Assembly: GCF_000185985.2 (NCBI RefSeq)
Contig: NC_014909.2
Span: forward strand, 30,001 to 62,000
Reading direction: 5' to 3'
Source: Candidatus Saccharimonadota bacterium
Lineage (GTDB): Bacteria > Pseudomonadota > Gammaproteobacteria > Enterobacterales > Enterobacteriaceae
DNA: 32,000 nucleotides
The translations under genes and the position numbers were made by a program. The notes beneath the pieces were generated by a model. It was not told where the DNA came from. It did not search any database and was given only the letters and a program-made list of their open reading frames with translations. The number at the start of each line of letters is the position of its first letter. Position 1 is the stretch's first letter. Shown in pieces: positions 28,065 to 32,000 of this stretch.

Positions 28065-28646
28065 TTATATGTAAGTAAAAGCGGAAAATACATTTTTTAC
28101 TCCTTTGGTTTTTCTTGCTATTTTTTCAGCATATTGCCCTTCTTTACAGGTAACCATTCCTAAAAGGAATACTTCTCGGTTTTCAGTGACGACTTTAATT
28201 TTTGATATGTGCGTATTTTTTTTTGTAAACAAATGAAATCGTATTTGATTGCTAATGATTGAATCAAATAAAATATTTTGTAGAGATATTGGTGAATTTT
28301 TCCTAATGGCATTATAAATATTTTTTGTTCCATTAATATGCATGACAATATTTATCGCTTCTTTAGATAGTTCTGAAGAAGGAGATTGTCCTGTGAGCAA
28401 AACATTACCTTGATACACTGTATTGATTATCCTAGTAAATTTTTTAATTTGTGTATGTTTGTTAAGGGCGTGATAAATATTGATTTTAAGAATACTGTCG
28501 TCTATTTGAGATCCTATGGTACGGGAGTCATACCATGTGTTAGCCACTATCGTGGCAGTTCCTATAGTTAACATACTAGTGCATCCTATTAATAGTGTAG
28601 AATAAAACACAAGAGTTAATGTCAAAAATATTATATGATTTTTCAT
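28065..28646 (-). CDS. dolP: Outer-membrane lipoprotein DolP (YraP), dual BON-domain
   Basis: 193 aa. Lipobox LLIGC after a signal peptide. D.RT.G.QIDD, INTVYQGNVLLTGQSPS.EL, KVVTENREVFLLGMVT and GVKNVFSAFTYI align with recalled E. coli YraP (RSVGTQVDDG, VTAYQGKVLLVGQSPNAEL, KVTTENGEVFLMGLVT, GVKRVTTAFTFI). Confidence 0.87.
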   Translation of the reverse strand: MKNHIIFLTLTLVFYSTLLIGCTSMLTIGTATIVANTWYDSRTIGSQIDDSILKINIYHALNKHTQIKKFTRIINTVYQGNVLLTGQSPSSELSKEAINIVMHINGTKNIYNAIRKNSPISLQNILFDSIISNQIRFHLFTKKNTHISKIKVVTENREVFLLGMVTCKEGQYAEKIARKTKGVKNVFSAFTYI

Positions 28647-29101
28647 GTTTAGTAATGGTATTCAGTGTGTACATTATGTCTATTGGTATACTGCACACAA
28701 TACTACTTTAATGTGGTAAATTAAATCAACAGAGTTTTAATATAAGCTTTTTATCAAAATATTGCTATTATACTGTCTATATAAATAAAGTAATTTAGCT
28801 TATTTAGGTAAGATATATGATGCATTAAAATACATATGGTTTCTAGTAATTAAGATATTAGTACAGCATATGAAATATATTATAGGATTGTGTAGTAATT
28901 AATTATTTAAAAATTTGTTTTAAATTAGTAAAAATAAAAGTAGAATCATCATATAATGCGTTATTTTATATGATTACTTTTTTAAAATGGACGGTGTTTT
29001 ATTAAGGATATTGTACTGATATGTAGAGATATGTGTTTAATAGAGCAAAAACAATTGTGATACATGATAATATTTTTTGATATTTATTGTATTTTTAAAA
29101 A

Positions 29102-30010
29102 ATGATTATTTTTAACACACAGTATAATAAGAATATATATGTTTCACAACAAGTGAATTCAAACAGGACATTATATATTGTGCCTACTCCTATTGGTAAT
29201 TTGCATGATATTACATATAGGGCGTTATCTACATTACGTCAAGTAGATGGTATTATTGCAGAAAGTACTCGTCGAGTTCAAATTTTATTGAGTTTTTTTT
29301 CTATTAAGTTACCTGTATATATTATGAATAGATATAATGAAAACAGAAAAGTGCCTATATTACTCTCAAAATTACAAGACGGACGTAATATTGCTTTAAT
29401 TTCTGATGCGGGAAGTCCATTAATTAGCGATCCAGGATATAGATTAGTACGCGCTTGTCATGAAAAAAAAATAAAAGTGATTTCATTGCCTGGTCCATGT
29501 GCTGCAATCGCAGCACTTTGTGGGTCTGGATTGCCTGTAAATCGGTTTTGTTTTGAAGGATTTCTGCCATCTAAACGAATTTTTCGTATAAGTCGTTTAA
29601 AAGAATTATTAGAAGAATCAAGAACTTTGATTTTTTATGACGTAAAATATAGAATTATAGATAGTTTAAAAGATATAGTATCTGTTTTTGGAGAAACACG
29701 TTACGTTGTATTAGTTAGAGAGCTAAGTAAAATTTGGGAATTTATTTATGGAGCTCCAGCAAGCAAATTATTATTTTGGGTACAACAAGATAAGACTCGT
29801 GTCAAAGGAGAAATAGTGTTGGTAGTATCAGGATATAATTTTAAGAATCGTGGTAATGATGAGATACCTCCAAAAGCATGGAGTATAATGAAATTGTTAG
29901 CATTAGAAGTTTCTGTAAAGAAGGCTGCATCTTTAGTAGGAAATATATATGGAATAAAAAAAAATGTTTTATATCACAAATATGTATTTGAAAAGTTAAA
30001 TAGAAAGTAA
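29102..30010 (+). CDS. rsmI: 16S rRNA (cytidine1402-2'-O)-methyltransferase RsmI (YraL)
   Basis: 302 aa. LYIVPTPIGNLHDIT, NIALISDAGSPLISDPGYRLV, PLPGPCAAIAAL, RFCFEGFLPSK, TLIFYD, RELSKIWE and GIKKNVLY are collinear with recalled E. coli RsmI. Confidence 0.93.
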   Translation: MIIFNTQYNKNIYVSQQVNSNRTLYIVPTPIGNLHDITYRALSTLRQVDGIIAESTRRVQILLSFFSIKLPVYIMNRYNENRKVPILLSKLQDGRNIALISDAGSPLISDPGYRLVRACHEKKIKVISLPGPCAAIAALCGSGLPVNRFCFEGFLPSKRIFRISRLKELLEESRTLIFYDVKYRIIDSLKDIVSVFGETRYVVLVRELSKIWEFIYGAPASKLLFWVQQDKTRVKGEIVLVVSGYNFKNRGNDEIPPKAWSIMKLLALEVSVKKAASLVGNIYGIKKNVLYHKYVFEKLNRK

Positions 30011-30057
30011 TGCTATTATAGATAATAGAGATAATTTTTTAGATAATTTATAGATGG

Positions 30058-30492
30058 TAAGTTGACTGAGTAATCGCTGCTTTTTTAGTAAAAAAAGGAG
30101 AGGAAAGTCCGGGCTCCGCAGGACAAGGCGCCAGGTAATACCTGGGAGATGTGAATCTACGACAAGTGCAACAGAAAAAAAACCGCCATTCTTAGTTGAA
30201 TTGTATTTTATTTATTGCATAATTTTTTATAGTTTTGAGTAAAAATATTATATCAATAATAACGTTATAATATTAAAGAAAGAGTGGTAAGGGTGAAAAG
30301 GGGCGGTAAGAGCGCACCGTACAATTGGTAACAATTTGTAGCAATGTAAACTCCGCTTGGAGAAAGGCTAAATAAAAATTCTATAGCATGGTCCGTGCTG
30401 AATTTGGGTAAGCCGCTTTAATTTATATGTGAATATAAATATAGATGAATGATTGCTCTAGACAGAACCCGGCTTATAGGTCAACTTTTATA
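30058..30492 (+). ncRNA. rnpB: RNase P RNA (M1 RNA, bacterial type A)
   Basis: Universally conserved blocks are present in order: GAGGAAAGTCCGGGCTCC, GCCAGGTAA.ACCTGGG, CAAGTGCAACAGAAA, TAAGGGTGAAA.GGG.GGTAAGAGCGCACC, GTAAACTCC, AGATGAATGA.TGC, ACAGAACCCGGCTTAT. P1 pairs AAGTTGAC (30059-30066) with GTCAACTT (30480-30487). The ends are approximate, within a few nt. Confidence 0.94.
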
Positions 30493-30846
30493 TTATTGTA
30501 TTGTTTTTTGGAATATATCAAATATTGATGGTAGTCTATAAATAGAATAGATTAAAGAAAATAAAAGATATATTGTTATTAATTTATTAGACCGTAGCCT
30601 ATTTTTAAAATTTAAATGTATTAATATGTGAATTTTATACAATTGTTATTGTTAATTAATATCAAATTTTTGATTATTACTGAAAGTTTGTGTAATTTCT
30701 GAAATAAACTTAAATTGATCTAGATTTTACAGAATATACATTCTAAAATGATTGATATGTATCATAATAAATTATGTTAAACTTTAAAACTATCAGGCAT
30801 TGTTATATGTGTTATTTATTTTAAGATAAACTAAATAAAAAAAATT

Positions 30847-31398
30847 ATGAATATTTTAAAAGAATTGTTTAATTTAGTACCTCAAAATGGTGCGCTATTA
30901 TCTTTTAATATAAAGATAAATTTAGTTTTTTATTTGACAATATTTATTATTGTATTTTTAGAAAATGCTATTATTCCAGCTTTTTTTTTACCTGGAGATA
31001 GTTTATTGATTGTTTTAGGGATATTAATTAAAAAAGGAATTTTAAATTTTTTTTTAACTTTAAGTATTTTAACTATTGCTGCTAGTTTGGGGAGTTGGGT
31101 AAGTTATTTGCAGGGGAAATTTTTATTAAAAAATAAAAAAACATTGAAGGGTTGGATGTCATATTTACCTAGCCGCTCATATCAAAGAGCAAGTAATATG
31201 TTTAATAAGCATGGATTGCTGGCTTTATTTATAAGTCGTTTTGTTGTATTTATGAGAACAGCGTTACCAGTAATAGCTGGAGTATCTGGATTAGATTCAT
31301 TAAAATTCCAATTATTTAATTGGATTAGTTCTTTTATATGGGTATTAATTTTAATTATTTTAGGCGGATGTTTAGGGCATATAGAGTGTTTTTTCTAA
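30847..31398 (+). CDS. yqjA: DedA-family inner-membrane protein (YqjA/YghB-like)
   Basis: 183 aa. [65 protein letters not shown] and FQLFNW align with recalled E. coli YqjA ([50 protein letters not shown]). Synteny (rnpB...ileX-rpoD) favours yqjA over yghB, but paralogue assignment is uncertain. It appears roughly 37 aa shorter at the C-terminus. Confidence 0.78.
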   Translation: [183 protein letters not shown]

Positions 31399-31464
31399 TT
31401 TTATATAAATTGTAATTTTATTTAATAAATTATAAAACTGTATATAGTGAAAGTATATAAAATT

Positions 31465-31538
31465 TGGCCCCTGCTGGATTTGAACCAGCGACCAAGCGAT
31501 TATGAGTCGCCTGCTCTGACCATCTGAGCTAAGGGGCC
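31465..31538 (-). tRNA. ileX: tRNA-Ile2 (gene anticodon CAT; lysidine-dependent AUA reader); no encoded 3' CCA
   Basis: The reverse complement GGCCCCTTAGCTCAGATGGTCAGAGCAGGCGACTCATAATCGCTTGGTCGCTGGTTCAAATCCAGCAGGGGCCA is almost identical to recalled E. coli ileX, including the anticodon arm GGCGA-CTCATAA-TCGCT. It lies next to rpoD, as in E. coli. Confidence 0.88.
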
Positions 31539-31751
31539 TTACTTAAAAATTTAGTAATCTTGAAAATTTGATTTTTATAGCCATTATTATGTATAAATTT
31601 ATTATGACATAATCTACCATACATATAGGTAAAAAAGTCAAAAAATAATATATATTTTTATTTTGAAAAATTTAAAATATTAAATGTGTATTAATGTTTT
31701 TAATTATAAAAAAGTTTATCATAATTGTATATTTATTATATATATCCTGCT

Positions 31752-32000
31752 TTAATCATCATCTAAAAAACTTCTTAGTATTTCAGATCGACTGGGATGT
31801 CTTAATTTTCTCAAAGCTTTTGCTTCGATTTGACGAATACGTTCTCGTGTTACATCGAATTGTCTACCTACTTCTTCTAAAGTGTGGTCGGTATTCATGT
31901 CGATTCCAAAACGCATGCGTAATACCTTAGCCTCTCTGGGAGTTAAACCTGAAAGTACATCGTTTGTGGCGGCTTTTAAATTGTCTGATGTTGCAGAATC
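31752..32000 (-). CDS. rpoD: RNA polymerase sigma-70 factor RpoD, C-terminal 82 codons (gene continues beyond the window)
   Basis: My own translation of the minus strand from 32000 gives [82 protein letters not shown]. This is region 4.2 and near-identical to the E. coli RpoD C-terminus. The stop TAA is at 31752-31754. It is absent from the ORF track because no start lies in the window. Confidence 0.96.
   Translation of the reverse strand, partial: DSATSDNLKAATNDVLSGLTPREAKVLRMRFGIDMNTDHTLEEVGRQFDVTRERIRQIEAKALRKLRHPSRSEILRSFLDDD

Noticed and set aside
31465-31538. Reading the CAT-anticodon tRNA as elongator or initiator tRNA-Met
   Set aside because: The sequence is near-identical to the recalled E. 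coli ileX. It lacks the initiator hallmarks, namely a C1-A72 mismatch and three consecutive G-C pairs at the base of the anticodon stem. Synteny with rpoD matches ileX.
1-32000. Search for mobile elements, integrases, IS inverted repeats, CRISPR repeats, toxin-antitoxin pairs, restriction-modification or other defence/accessory systems
   Set aside because: Every ORF above about 130 aa is accounted for by a conserved housekeeping gene. No spaced direct repeats, transposase- or integrase-like ORFs, or compositionally foreign islands were seen. The window looks like core genome.

Overview
This is a contiguous chromosomal segment from a very AT-rich, strongly reduced gammaproteobacterial (Enterobacterales-type) genome. 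By eye GC is below 30%, and spacers of 350-500 bp are common. The best guess is an obligate insect endosymbiont of the Blochmannia/Buchnera/Wigglesworthia kind, Blochmannia-like because LPS transport, argI, gltP and zur are retained. That organism call is inference only. All E. coli comparisons below are recalled from memory, not searched.

I can support 30 protein-coding genes (two cut by the window edges), 2 tRNAs and RNase P RNA. All are housekeeping genes:
- ubiA', zur, dnaB, ssb, yjcE, gltP, ridA, argI
- valS-holC-pepA, lptF-lptG
- a LysR-type regulator, tRNA-Leu(CAA)
- a Zn/Mn-family ABC ATPase plus permease
- lptB-lptA-lptC, ibaG-murA, degQ, yhcB, rplM-rpsI
- dolP, rsmI, rnpB, a DedA-family gene, tRNA-Ile2(CAU), rpoD'

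Gene order follows two E. coli-like synteny blocks with many intervening genes deleted. I found no mobile element, integrase, CRISPR array, toxin-antitoxin pair, defence system or other accessory island, and I do not claim a novel system.

The observations most worth a second look:
1. A consensus-grade Zur operator lies upstream of the metal ABC transporter, and zur itself is retained in the window.
2. That transporter has no substrate-binding-protein gene. A 45-codon signal-peptide-like ORF sits where one would be expected.
3. RNase P RNA carries a ~100-nt AT-rich expansion of the P12 arm.
4. G9 and G8 homopolymers sit inside ubiA and lptF, and A9-A10 tracts inside lpt genes.
5. A perfect 13-bp GC-rich palindrome lies between the convergent gltP and ridA.
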